A DNA stretch of 54,706 nt from positions 1 through 54,706 of the IMG/VR virus record IMGVR_UViG_3300011269_000005. One strand, written 5' to 3'. Source of the DNA: a virus (taxonomy: Duplodnaviria; Caudoviricetes). Position numbers and translations under genes: made by a program. Numbering within the stretch: the stretch's first letter is position 1; every line of letters starts with the position of its first letter. Shown in pieces: positions 36,489-46,302 of this stretch. Below the pieces are notes generated by a model that saw only the letters and a list, made by a program, of their open reading frames with translations, was not told where the DNA came from and did no database searches.

Positions 36489-37925
36489 TCACGGTGCCCC
36501 CACTCCTAACCCGCAGTTCCCGCAACTAGGCGGCGGTTCTGGCGCACCGAAGGGCGCAAGTGTGATTAACCCGAGCTGCTCAACTCGCTGATTCGCCGTG
36601 GTGCGCGTCGGTGTCGCGGATGATTGAAGACCAAGGGACATGCCGAGTGCCCCATCGGCTACAGGCACATTATTCCCTAAATACAGCGACGCATTGAGCG
36701 TTGGATCATCGTATACTACCTCAAGATCCGCTTGACCTTGATTCAGTCCTGTGATGCGTGTCACGCCAGCTGGTGCCGACGTGAATGTTCCAGCCCCAGG
36801 CAATGCGCCCACACGCAGCAGAAGTTCGTCGCTCGCCGTCGGGTTGAGCGCGGGTATCGGCATATTCTTGTTCGCCTGATTCACTGAGAGCGTCTGGCTA
36901 ACATCAATCGGCGTCGTCGTATTCAAATTGCCCACGCTGACAATCACACAGATATTGCCGTTCGTCGTCGCGTTGGTGAAATTCCACGATGCCGCGTCGC
37001 CCCCTGCCTTGGTGTGAGTGTAGATTGTTAGCGAAGCCGCATTCGGATTAGCATTCGCGTTCGTAATCTGCGGCCCTAGTGTCCAACCCGCAGGCGGAGT
37101 AATTGCCGGCGTCGCGCTGCCGATGTCCATGATTGTAAATTCGACATCACCGTTCTGTGTTTCCGAACTTGGCGTTAGCGCGCTACAATTCCCGGCGCCC
37201 GAAATAAAGGCTCCACCCGAGACGAGAACCGCCCCCGCACTGCTGCCGTTCGAGGTCTGGAGCTCGATCGCCGCTGCCATCCAATTGCCCGATGCGCCAT
37301 TGCTGATACTGGCCATCGGCGAGGGGAAGGTCGTGCCGGACACTCCGAAAAAGCCCGTCGCGGTCCCACCGATTAGAAACCCGCCAAACACGGGATCTAT
37401 TACACCAGCGTCGAAGCCCACCGTGATATTCTGGTTCTCGCGAGCAACAAGCAGGATAGCCGATCCAGATTTGGTTGGCGCGTTCGTGCTCGCGAACGTG
37501 ACAGAGCTGACACCCGTTGCTGTCGAGAAGTTGGTCGCCCCAACCTGTGGGGCGGCTCCATCGGTCGAATAGAAGACACGCACACGGATGACGATGTCCG
37601 CACCGGCCGAAGTCGTGCAATTTACCGTCGCGCCGGCATCCGCACCCACCGCCGTTTTGGTGAAATGATAAAATCGTTCGGTGCTATTGGACTGGTTACC
37701 GCCAGTGATAAGCGTGAATCCCGTCGGCGTATTTGGGTTCTGGCTGTTATCGGTAAAACAGCCGAGGTAGATCAAATCATTCGCCTGGATATTGCTGGGA
37801 AGCACAACAGAAGCGGTTGTTGCTGGGCTCCCAGCGCTGCCAACCGCCTTCCCGCGCTGAACGATCGACGCTTGCGCGGGGATGGTCCATAGAAACGCGA
37901 GCAGACATAGGAACTTCTTTACCAT
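36489..37925 (-). CDS. Signal-peptide-bearing beta-sandwich (tail/adhesin-like) protein with two tandem domains
   Basis: MVKKFLCLLAFLWTIPAQA leader, repeated (Q)xxDL/V...PxG(F/W)TL...K.A motif. Confidence 0.75.
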   Translation of the reverse strand: MVKKFLCLLAFLWTIPAQASIVQRGKAVGSAGSPATTASVVLPSNIQANDLIYLGCFTDNSQNPNTPTGFTLITGGNQSNSTERFYHFTKTAVGADAGATVNCTTSAGADIVIRVRVFYSTDGAAPQVGATNFSTATGVSSVTFASTNAPTKSGSAILLVARENQNITVGFDAGVIDPVFGGFLIGGTATGFFGVSGTTFPSPMASISNGASGNWMAAAIELQTSNGSSAGAVLVSGGAFISGAGNCSALTPSSETQNGDVEFTIMDIGSATPAITPPAGWTLGPQITNANANPNAASLTIYTHTKAGGDAASWNFTNATTNGNICVIVSVGNLNTTTPIDVSQTLSVNQANKNMPIPALNPTASDELLLRVGALPGAGTFTSAPAGVTRITGLNQGQADLEVVYDDPTLNASLYLGNNVPVADGALGMSLGLQSSATPTRTTANQRVEQLGLITLAPFGAPEPPPSCGNCGLGVGAP

Positions 37926-39124
37926 CCAAGTTCTAATCCTATCTTCGTTGGCATCGATGTATTCGAGTAGAAGCTTTCGCAGAATGGTCGCGCGCTACTG
38001 ATCAGCGCGCACTGATTACCGAGGGTCGTCACGCCGCCAGGGCCAACGGTCAGGTCGGTGCCCAGCCGCACCGCCGTCCCATCACTCACCTGAAAGCTCA
38101 CAAGCGCTTGTTCCGTGATCGTGCCGAAGTTGTGCGGGACATTCGCGCTATATTCATCGCGGTTGCCCTGCGTCGCGGTCGAGACATACTTGGTCGAATC
38201 TAAGGGAACATTGCTTACTGCCTGCCAATGATGCGTCACGCCCGTTACCGCATACTGCAATGGCGTCGAATCGCCCGAAGGCGAGGTATACGCACTGCGC
38301 TGCGGACCCACGAACGCAGCGATTCCGTTCGTTCCTGGATTGATGACCCAAGTCAGACCGAAATCCTCTACGATACTATCGTCAAATTCGGCATCGTAGG
38401 CGATCTGATCGATGAGAAGGCTATTATTGTTGGCGTTAGTCGCGCAATTGTTACACCCAAAGGAGTCTATCCTGAGACCGTTTGATTTATAGACATTGAT
38501 CGTTATGCTGCCCTGTGCCCAAGCGGTCTGCGAATTCACTCCCACCGTGGTGATGGTCTCGAACAAAAACCAGTTAGTAAGGCCGCTGCCGAAGGTCAAC
38601 TTAAAGGCGCCGCTGTTGCCGAGATTGGTATTGGCAGAATTCTTAAGCTGTAATTTGCCACTGGATTGAAGAACTAAGTAGGTTTGATCGGTTCCGCGCG
38701 CCCCCTGTGGGTTGCTGCTATCACACCAGAGGAATATGGCCGGGCTGCCGGCCGGCGCGACCTCGGCTCGGAACCACGCATATGTAATTAACGTCTGCGC
38801 GGGATTGCCGAGCTGACTAGCCCTCGTAGCGACGGTCGGCCCTGGATTCTCGCCGCTATGACCGTTCGGAACAATCTTGAGATAGGAGCCAGTCACATTG
38901 CTGCCTGGGAGTGTCCAAGGTACCGTCTGGCCGGACACGATGCTGGATGTGGAAGGATCGATTAGGACGTAAGGAGCAATAGCTGGGACGGTACTCTGCG
39001 TACCGTACTCGTCCCACGTCTCGAGAAAGGTGAAGGATGCACCAGCCGGAAGTGCCCATGCGCTCCAACACCAGAGCAGTGCGCCAATAATTACGCCCAC
39101 GGCGACGATTGAACGTAATCGCAT
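37919..39124 (-). CDS. Signal-peptide-bearing lectin/LamG-like beta protein
   Basis: [24 protein letters not shown] leader, LVLQSSGKLQL, W.L.E, beta-rich. Confidence 0.7.
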   Translation of the reverse strand: MRLRSIVAVGVIIGALLWCWSAWALPAGASFTFLETWDEYGTQSTVPAIAPYVLIDPSTSSIVSGQTVPWTLPGSNVTGSYLKIVPNGHSGENPGPTVATRASQLGNPAQTLITYAWFRAEVAPAGSPAIFLWCDSSNPQGARGTDQTYLVLQSSGKLQLKNSANTNLGNSGAFKLTFGSGLTNWFLFETITTVGVNSQTAWAQGSITINVYKSNGLRIDSFGCNNCATNANNNSLLIDQIAYDAEFDDSIVEDFGLTWVINPGTNGIAAFVGPQRSAYTSPSGDSTPLQYAVTGVTHHWQAVSNVPLDSTKYVSTATQGNRDEYSANVPHNFGTITEQALVSFQVSDGTAVRLGTDLTVGPGGVTTLGNQCALISSARPFCESFYSNTSMPTKIGLELGW

Positions 39125-40638
39125 CAGTTTATCCGGTGCTCAAGCTTCACGGTCAAATCTAAGGCAGTGCAGGTGCCCGCCGTGATTTGCATACAGATAT
39201 AATCGCCCGCCGTCAGGGTCGCACTACTGACTGTGACATCAGCTGCACCCACAGCGGTGGGCGTGCTGGATACCAACGTTGTCGGTGAGCCACAGGCGTT
39301 CACCGTCGCCCCACAGTCCTGAATCTTGAGGGTCGGATTCCCCGCGCAGGTGAACAGACCTGCGGTGATAACGCCATTTTCAACGGTGCCCGCCTTGACC
39401 ACTTTGTGGCAGTCGAATAGCACCGTCGTGCCCGGTAGCGCGGTAAGATTCCCGGTATCGAACGTCATGAACCCCCGCGCCATATTCGCCGCAGAAACGT
39501 CGGAGCCGATGGTCAATGTCGCTACGGGGCAGTTGCCGTTCTGAGCACACGCCGCCGGTTGCGCAGGCACTGTCGCCTCCGATACGATATTCCAGTTTGT
39601 GCCGTCAAAACGCGCGTAGATTATTAAGATATTGCCGTTCGATGCGCCGATCTGAAGCTGCGCGCCCCCTACTGCCGCATAGTTAATCGTCCCCGTCGAT
39701 GCCGTGAAATTGTTAACAAGAACGGCACTCGCGCCTTGAGTCGCTTTATAGATAATCGTCTGGCCGACCGTACATGTAGCCGTGTCGAGATTTGGTGTGA
39801 CATTGCTCGCCGCGAGGGTTTGATCCCATTCATCTTGGGTATTGCCCGACGTGCAGGTTAGATCGGGCGTCGTACCCGATGCCGTATGCACTGATAGGAA
39901 TCCGCCGCCAGCCACACCCGTGGCCCCAGTTGGCCCTGTAGGTCCAGTTGGACCCGTAGGACCGGTCGGTCCCGTCGCCCCAGTAGCTCCGGTAACACCC
40001 GTCGCACCTGTAGGTCCAGACGGGCCTGTAGGTCCAGTAGGGCCTACGGCGCCGGTCGATCCCGCTCCGCCTGGTCCTGTAGCTCCCGTAACCCCGGTAG
40101 CTCCGGTCGCCCCCGTCGGGCCTGTAGCTCCCGTCGCGCCCACTCCGCTGGGTCCAGTCGGGCCAGTCGCCCCCGTGGGGCCTGATGGACCGGTGGCACC
40201 AGTCGCCCCCGCGCCTGAAGGTCCGGTTGCCCCGGTGACGCCAGTAGCTCCGGTAGGGCCGCTAGGTCCAGTAGGGCCGCTTGGACCACTCGGACCTGTG
40301 GAACCCGTTGCTCCGGTGGCTCCTGTCGGGCCGGTTGGACCAGACGATCCGATGGGACCGACGCCGCCACCTATATTGCAACTCCAGACGCCAGCCACCC
40401 GAATGGCTTCTACTCCTGTGCCGCCGCCTACGCATACCGGCGTCGCTTTGCAATCGTTACAAAAGACCTTCGTCGCATCGACCTGAGGAACTAGAGTACC
40501 GTTCGTCAAATCTACAAAGTTGACTGGCGCATAGGTGAGGGAGGTTCCGTTCAGTCGAATGGGCGGCGTGGCCAATGCCCACGCTGCGATCAATAGGAGC
40601 ACCAGCATGGGGAATAGAATTATCGGCATTCGTTTCAT
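39124..40638 (-). CDS. Collagen-like fibre protein with signal peptide and Cys-rich terminal domains
   Basis: [23 protein letters not shown] leader, about 150 aa of GPT/GAT repeats, follows the fibre adaptor. Confidence 0.85.
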   Translation of the reverse strand: MKRMPIILFPMLVLLLIAAWALATPPIRLNGTSLTYAPVNFVDLTNGTLVPQVDATKVFCNDCKATPVCVGGGTGVEAIRVAGVWSCNIGGGVGPIGSSGPTGPTGATGATGSTGPSGPSGPTGPSGPTGATGVTGATGPSGAGATGATGPSGPTGATGPTGPSGVGATGATGPTGATGATGVTGATGPGGAGSTGAVGPTGPTGPSGPTGATGVTGATGATGPTGPTGPTGPTGPTGATGVAGGGFLSVHTASGTTPDLTCTSGNTQDEWDQTLAASNVTPNLDTATCTVGQTIIYKATQGASAVLVNNFTASTGTINYAAVGGAQLQIGASNGNILIIYARFDGTNWNIVSEATVPAQPAACAQNGNCPVATLTIGSDVSAANMARGFMTFDTGNLTALPGTTVLFDCHKVVKAGTVENGVITAGLFTCAGNPTLKIQDCGATVNACGSPTTLVSSTPTAVGAADVTVSSATLTAGDYICMQITAGTCTALDLTVKLEHRIN

Positions 40639-40646
40639 GATTGTGC

Positions 40647-41195
40647 CTATGGTATCGGGAGCAACGAGATTTGCCCCCAGCCCGCCCATGTTCCTGGCGT
40701 TCCACCGACGACGCAGACAATCGCGCGCGGTCCCCCGAGCACTGGCGGCTGAATCCAGAACCAGTCCCCTATGGCGAACGTCCCACTAGTCGGCTTTCCC
40801 TGTGCGACCCCCTGAAACCCAGCGAGCATTTCCTGGATGATGAGGATAGCGTTATCGAGCGCTGCCTCGTGTGAACCTGCTGGGAATGGATCTTGCGGAT
40901 TATAGACAGCGGTCTGCGCCCGTGGCGTATGCCGCGTGATAAGTATCTGGCCGGCTGTTGCCGGAGCTACGCCAAAGGTAACCGTGCCACCTTCGCTATA
41001 AACGTTCAGCTTCGCGTCGAGGGCACCGCTCACGGTGTAATCGGTATTGAGGATTTTCGTCGTCACTACTCCGAGGGAATCCGTGAACTGAACGATCAGG
41101 TCAGGGATCGCCCTGAAATAGAAAGGATAGGGGAAGGCCGTGGCGATCCCGTCCGTCAAGTAGATTATGGTGAGAGTCTCGTCTTCGACTGCCAT
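40647..41195 (-). CDS. T7 gp17-type tail fibre adaptor (N-terminal domain only, plus a short tail motif)
   Basis: [40 protein letters not shown]...I.QE. Confidence 0.85.
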   Translation of the reverse strand: MAVEDETLTIIYLTDGIATAFPYPFYFRAIPDLIVQFTDSLGVVTTKILNTDYTVSGALDAKLNVYSEGGTVTFGVAPATAGQILITRHTPRAQTAVYNPQDPFPAGSHEAALDNAILIIQEMLAGFQGVAQGKPTSGTFAIGDWFWIQPPVLGGPRAIVCVVGGTPGTWAGWGQISLLPIP

Positions 41196-41201
41196 GAGCT
41201 G

Positions 41202-42737
41202 CTAGCCCTCCCTATCAAATGGCGAGAAATTCATATCCGCGAACTTTGGTCGATTCATGTAGGTTTCCGGGTTAGCTCGCAGCACCGTCCTCGCCTCGCC
41301 CGCACCTAAGAGCATATATTGCGCAGCCTCTGCGACGTGAGAATCCATAGACTTCACGGCTTCATCGTGGTACCGCTCCTCGCCCACAACTTGCACTCGC
41401 TTGTAATGATAGCCACCAGCCAACGCCTTCCGAAGCTTCTGGCAATTCGGATGGACCATCATGCCGGGACTGCCATCGATTAGTTTGTTCAGGAAGTAGG
41501 CGAAAGTCTCACGACGCTTGATAGGATCGTTCGTGTGCGCCGGATGCGCGTCAATCCCGGCAGCGCGGAGCACGGTGAACGGCGTACTATCGTCGGTCTG
41601 CGCCCGCGCCTCGCCCGCTGGATCGCCCGTGATGGCAGCAAACGAACATCCCTGGTAACGCTCGCGCATTATCTGGGCTAGGAGGCCACCGAATTCGAGC
41701 GCCCCCATATCCTCCGTAACCACCTCCGAATGAATCCGCCACGCACCCATTGCTGTCCGTTGACCAAAAGTTGCTGCGGGAGTTCGTCCAAAGTCAATTC
41801 CAACGTATAGCGGAATGCCCCGGATAAGGGGGAACTCTTTGCAGTGAACTGAATCCTTATACTCCGGATAAACCGGTTTGCCTTCCTGGACAAAGCCGTA
41901 GTCTCCGTCGACATAGACCTTGATCCAGTCATCCGACTTGCCGGCCATAAGGCGCTCATAGTAACCGGGAGGTAGATTTTTGATGTTCTCAGCGGCGGTC
42001 GACCGTCCGCTAGGCTGGGCAAAGAATTCTTGGAGCTTTTGCCGATCTGTCTGAAGCGTTCCGAGTTCCCGGAGCCGCTGGGCGATTTCCTCATTGCGCA
42101 TCACCATCTCCGGGTCTGGGAAATCCGCCATCTTCGCCCACCAGTGATCGGTGTCGGGCGAGTTGGTATCCATGACGATTTGGGGCATCGCGCAGGTATG
42201 GGTAACGTTCCCTTCTCCATCGCGGATGGTGCGCGGGAAACGACCGACCCGGCCGGTGAGTCCGTCGAGGATCGCCTTGGGCAATTCGCGCGCCTCGTTG
42301 ATCCAGGCATCGCTGAGGTCCATCGAAAGCAGTTTGCGGATATCGTCGGGCGTATCGAGCGCGAGGAAGATGATTTCCCAATCGACCTTCGGATTATCGG
42401 CTGTAATGTGGTGTGTCGGCGGTCCTTTATCACGCCAGTTACCAACCGTCGGCGGCACCCAGACATGCCAAGTCTTGATGGTCGTGGTCGCAAGTTCAGG
42501 GTAGGAGTTACGCACGATGGCTGTGCGGCGGCGTATCACGCCATCTGGTCCTGACTTCTGGCGCGTGAAATTATATAGCAGCTTTGCGATGCATGCCGTC
42601 GATTTTCCACTGCCGAAAGGTCCTCTGACGCCGCAGATAAGCGCGTTGCTGACAACAAACTGTTCCGCTACCGGCCCCGGCGGAAACCAATCGAACTTGA
42701 GCAAGGGCGGTGGCGGGATTCCGATCCGAGTTTTCAT
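41202..42737 (-). CDS. terL: Terminase large subunit
   Basis: GPFGSGKS, RNSYPEL, WINEAREL, DTNSPD..HW, AENIKNLPPGYY, GIDFGRTPAA, SHVAEA.QY. Confidence 0.93.
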   Translation of the reverse strand: MKTRIGIPPPPLLKFDWFPPGPVAEQFVVSNALICGVRGPFGSGKSTACIAKLLYNFTRQKSGPDGVIRRRTAIVRNSYPELATTTIKTWHVWVPPTVGNWRDKGPPTHHITADNPKVDWEIIFLALDTPDDIRKLLSMDLSDAWINEARELPKAILDGLTGRVGRFPRTIRDGEGNVTHTCAMPQIVMDTNSPDTDHWWAKMADFPDPEMVMRNEEIAQRLRELGTLQTDRQKLQEFFAQPSGRSTAAENIKNLPPGYYERLMAGKSDDWIKVYVDGDYGFVQEGKPVYPEYKDSVHCKEFPLIRGIPLYVGIDFGRTPAATFGQRTAMGAWRIHSEVVTEDMGALEFGGLLAQIMRERYQGCSFAAITGDPAGEARAQTDDSTPFTVLRAAGIDAHPAHTNDPIKRRETFAYFLNKLIDGSPGMMVHPNCQKLRKALAGGYHYKRVQVVGEERYHDEAVKSMDSHVAEAAQYMLLGAGEARTVLRANPETYMNRPKFADMNFSPFDREG

Positions 42738-42843
42738 TTCACAATGTCGCCATCTGTGATAACATCGTTGTTAGCGGTGCCAGGTCTATACCGGGAGTAC
42801 GAGATCATTCGGAATCCTAGAGAGCAGGCCTGGCATCTTGCTT

Positions 42844-45800
42844 TCATTGTAGCCTCGGGACTATGGCATTAGACGGACCTGCCACGCCGAACTCATTAGC
42901 GACCGGGGGTGAACCACTCAGAGCCTGTATGGCATCGGGCGAGAGGCCACGGAGCGCTTCTTTATGATTCTCCACCATATCGGCGATCTTCGGGTCATCG
43001 AGCATTCCCACGTTCGCGATATGGGATGCTCGCGCTAGAATATTCTCGATGGTTACCTTCTTTAGTTGGTCGGGATCGGTCGGATAATCCTTGTCGTTGA
43101 TGTAGCTTTCGAGATCTTCCCGCAGCCCGTCCGCCCTATCGGCGTTCCATTTCTCGGTTGCGCCTGGGAACTTATCGAGAAATTGTGGCGGATGCTGTGC
43201 ATTCACGTTCAAGCGTGCCAATTCGTTCACGACGTTATCATGGCTTACCTTTGTCACGTTGACCGGATAGAGCAACCGTGCGGGTAGCCCCATCGTCGGA
43301 TTTGGCGCTGGCTTGTTGAAGATGTCCACCTTCGGCTGAACGTTCTGTGCCAATCCCGCAGTTGGCGAGAATGGCAACCCAGCCTCGGTTAGTGGGTCCA
43401 ACTTATGAATCCCCGGAATGCCGGTTTCGAGTTCCTGCGCAACCGTCTGGGGGTTGCGTGCCAGCGTATCCGTCCCCATCGCGACGCCTCTCAACAACGC
43501 CGACCAAGGAACGAGACCGGATGCTTCTGAGCCGACAAATTGCTTAAGCGCTTTCGGTTCACCGTCTGCGATGTCGGTCCAGAGCTTCTTGATGTTGACT
43601 AAGCCCTGCACGATAGAATCGTTCGCCATCGAATTGCCGATTGCGCGCGCTGCGGCGCCCGCCTTATCGAGCGCATCGGGATCGCTCATAGCATCGCGAT
43701 TCTGTAGATAGTTCCCGATAATGCCGAATGGCGTATCGAGCGGCGGAGGCAGTGCTACTAGCGAATCGCCGAACCTCGCTTTCGGTGAGCCGTACTTATC
43801 GAGCACGAGGTTCCCCTGATGGAATTCGTGGGCAATAGCCACGCTCATCATCGCGCCAAATGCCTGCTTCGCGAGCGCGGCGCTGCGTTGCTGAGCGGTC
43901 CCGTAGGCGATGTCGGACGCTTGAGTGAGCGCGCCCAGCCCCGGCGTGTAATCAAGGCCCATCTTCTTGACGTTATACGCAATGCGGAAAAACGGCATCA
44001 ATTGTTTGAGCACGGGGTACTGGAATACATCCGAGACGCTTTTCGCGAATGTGCCCTGTTCAAGTTGATTCACGAAGGTCATCGAATCGGCTTCTTTACT
44101 GGCGTTCAGCCGCATCTCGGCAGGCATGTCATTGATGGTGCCGTGATACAGTTCGGTGGCACGATTGTAGCCTTTGATACCGTCAAGCCCTTCCGCGGCG
44201 GCCTGGTCGACCGCGTCGCGCCACGCCAACATGTGCCCGGCCATCGAGGTCCCGGCAGAATGCACGAATTGATGGACGCCCGTCAGGACGTTCCCGCCAA
44301 GGCGCAGCACATTGCCGAGATAATCCACACCCTTCCCGATTCCGCTACTCTCCCAGTCGGCGGTGTCAGGATTGTATGCACCGAGCCCGAAAGCCTGTCC
44401 CGAGATTGCGCGGTGCGCACCGTAGCCGAAAGGATTGTCAGCCTCGATACTGCCGCCTTCCATTTGCGACAGCCGCTTGCCCGTCTTGCCGCTCTCCAAG
44501 CCGATGTCGGCAGAATGCCAGAAACCATTCACTATACCTTGGATACCTGCTAGCGGCTCGCCGAGCTTGACGCCCGATCCCGGCATCATCCCCTGAATCA
44601 GCCGCGTCGGGAGGGTCATCAGCCCAGATACCGTGCTCGAAGTGGCGATCCGGCTGGAGGTCCGGCCAGCGTTACTTAGCAGATTGTTGAAGTAATACTC
44701 GTTGAATGCGTTGTAGAGAGATCGCCCCAGTCCCACATCCTCAGACATTTGCCGTGCGACGCGGGCGAACTTATCGGGACCACCAAGCTGATGAAGCAAG
44801 TCGGACAATCTCTGTGCGTTGTCACCCTCGCCAAGTTGCTGGGCGATCTTGGCCGTCGCTGCCACAAACGCATTCCCCGGCTTATTGGGGTCAAGAATTT
44901 GGAGGCTACGGCCAACATCTGAGCGCGTACCGGCCAAGACGGAATAGTTTTCGGCGAATGCGGCGAAGCGATTGCCGAGTTGCTGAAGGCCAGTACTCAC
45001 ATCCTCGCCCTTCGCTGCGCGCGCCCAGAGGTCTTCATTGAAGGAATGGATACCTTTATTTTCTTCATGGTAAGTGCTGGCCAACGCCTGAACATGCGCG
45101 GCCAATTGAGGCTTCTCTGCACCTTGGGCATAATAAGATTCGAGGTCCTGCCGGAGTGACTTCGATTCGTCCATCGTGAGCGATTCAGGGACGGTAGTTG
45201 CGATCTCGGGCTTGCCGAATTCGGTTGCGGTCTGCTCGCCGACGCGGACGGCCTTGAGGTTGTCGAGTTGCTTCTGAGCGAGGGTTGAGGCTGCTGCCGC
45301 CGGCGTCGCGTGCTCGGGCGGAATTACGGGAGCCGGCGCGGCGGATGCGGGGGTTGCCGCACTACCCGCTACAGCGCCGGTCCCTTCAGCGGTCGCCGGA
45401 GGAGGAGATGCCGGAGTAGCCGCCGATTTTATCGGATTGCCCTGAGTATCGAGAATTGTGCCCTTCGGGAATTCTGTTACGCCCTCTGTTGTCGCCTCTG
45501 CACCCTTTGCAGCTTTGACCGCCGTGCCTGCTTCTTCTGTGGCATCAACGGCTTCGCCAGCTTTCCCGATTCCCAACGGCAGTGTAGCCACCTGCGTTCC
45601 GAGGCTAGCTATCTTGCCTATGGTATCGGGATCGATAGGTGAATTCGGATAGACGCGCTTCGCGATACTGCTGGCAGCCTCGGCCACTATATCACTAGAC
45701 TGTAAGGCTTCCTGTTGAGCCGTGGGAACTCCGGCAGGTGGTCTAGCGGGAGTCATCGGCGGCGCTAGCTCGGCATTCGCAGTGACAGGTTGTGCCGTCT

Positions 45801-46302
45801 CGGGATGTATCAGCCTCAGCAATTCGGGATGTTCAGCCAGCAGCGTGCGGCCATTCGCCACGTCCTGATTATCTGCCTGGCGTGCTGCGTACTGCTGATC
45901 GACGGATGCGGGACCGTTCGCGCCGTGAGACGCGCGGTCAGCATAGTTGGCGGCAATCCCACTAGGCGATCCACCGGATGGTCCGGCTATCTTGAGCACA
46001 CTGTCCGCGTATTCGTCCGATGTCGGGAATCCTGGGCCAGGGTCGCCTCGCCCGTAGTAAGACTTCAGCCCTTCTCGTTCGTTGCCATTGTGCTGATCCA
46101 CCAACGATCCGAGGATCGTTGTCCCGGCCATCCGATTGTATGCGGGATCGCGTAGACGGCTAGGATCGAAACCATAAGCCTTTGCCGTCTCTGGTTCGAT
46201 CTGCATCAACCCGACCGCACCAGCGCCGGCATCCTGTGGATTGGCCCTGCCACCAGTTTCCTGCTGAATTACAGCATTCACCAATTCTGGGCGGGCTGGC
46301 AT
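42844..46302 (-). CDS. Large internal virion (ejection) protein with N-terminal lytic transglycosylase (T7 gp16-like)
   Basis: AVIQQETGG, GAVGLMQI.PETA, DP..N...G, then a helical 1152-aa body. Confidence 0.85.
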   Translation of the reverse strand: MPARPELVNAVIQQETGGRANPQDAGAGAVGLMQIEPETAKAYGFDPSRLRDPAYNRMAGTTILGSLVDQHNGNEREGLKSYYGRGDPGPGFPTSDEYADSVLKIAGPSGGSPSGIAANYADRASHGANGPASVDQQYAARQADNQDVANGRTLLAEHPELLRLIHPETAQPVTANAELAPPMTPARPPAGVPTAQQEALQSSDIVAEAASSIAKRVYPNSPIDPDTIGKIASLGTQVATLPLGIGKAGEAVDATEEAGTAVKAAKGAEATTEGVTEFPKGTILDTQGNPIKSAATPASPPPATAEGTGAVAGSAATPASAAPAPVIPPEHATPAAAASTLAQKQLDNLKAVRVGEQTATEFGKPEIATTVPESLTMDESKSLRQDLESYYAQGAEKPQLAAHVQALASTYHEENKGIHSFNEDLWARAAKGEDVSTGLQQLGNRFAAFAENYSVLAGTRSDVGRSLQILDPNKPGNAFVAATAKIAQQLGEGDNAQRLSDLLHQLGGPDKFARVARQMSEDVGLGRSLYNAFNEYYFNNLLSNAGRTSSRIATSSTVSGLMTLPTRLIQGMMPGSGVKLGEPLAGIQGIVNGFWHSADIGLESGKTGKRLSQMEGGSIEADNPFGYGAHRAISGQAFGLGAYNPDTADWESSGIGKGVDYLGNVLRLGGNVLTGVHQFVHSAGTSMAGHMLAWRDAVDQAAAEGLDGIKGYNRATELYHGTINDMPAEMRLNASKEADSMTFVNQLEQGTFAKSVSDVFQYPVLKQLMPFFRIAYNVKKMGLDYTPGLGALTQASDIAYGTAQQRSAALAKQAFGAMMSVAIAHEFHQGNLVLDKYGSPKARFGDSLVALPPPLDTPFGIIGNYLQNRDAMSDPDALDKAGAAARAIGNSMANDSIVQGLVNIKKLWTDIADGEPKALKQFVGSEASGLVPWSALLRGVAMGTDTLARNPQTVAQELETGIPGIHKLDPLTEAGLPFSPTAGLAQNVQPKVDIFNKPAPNPTMGLPARLLYPVNVTKVSHDNVVNELARLNVNAQHPPQFLDKFPGATEKWNADRADGLREDLESYINDKDYPTDPDQLKKVTIENILARASHIANVGMLDDPKIADMVENHKEALRGLSPDAIQALSGSPPVANEFGVAGPSNAIVPRLQ

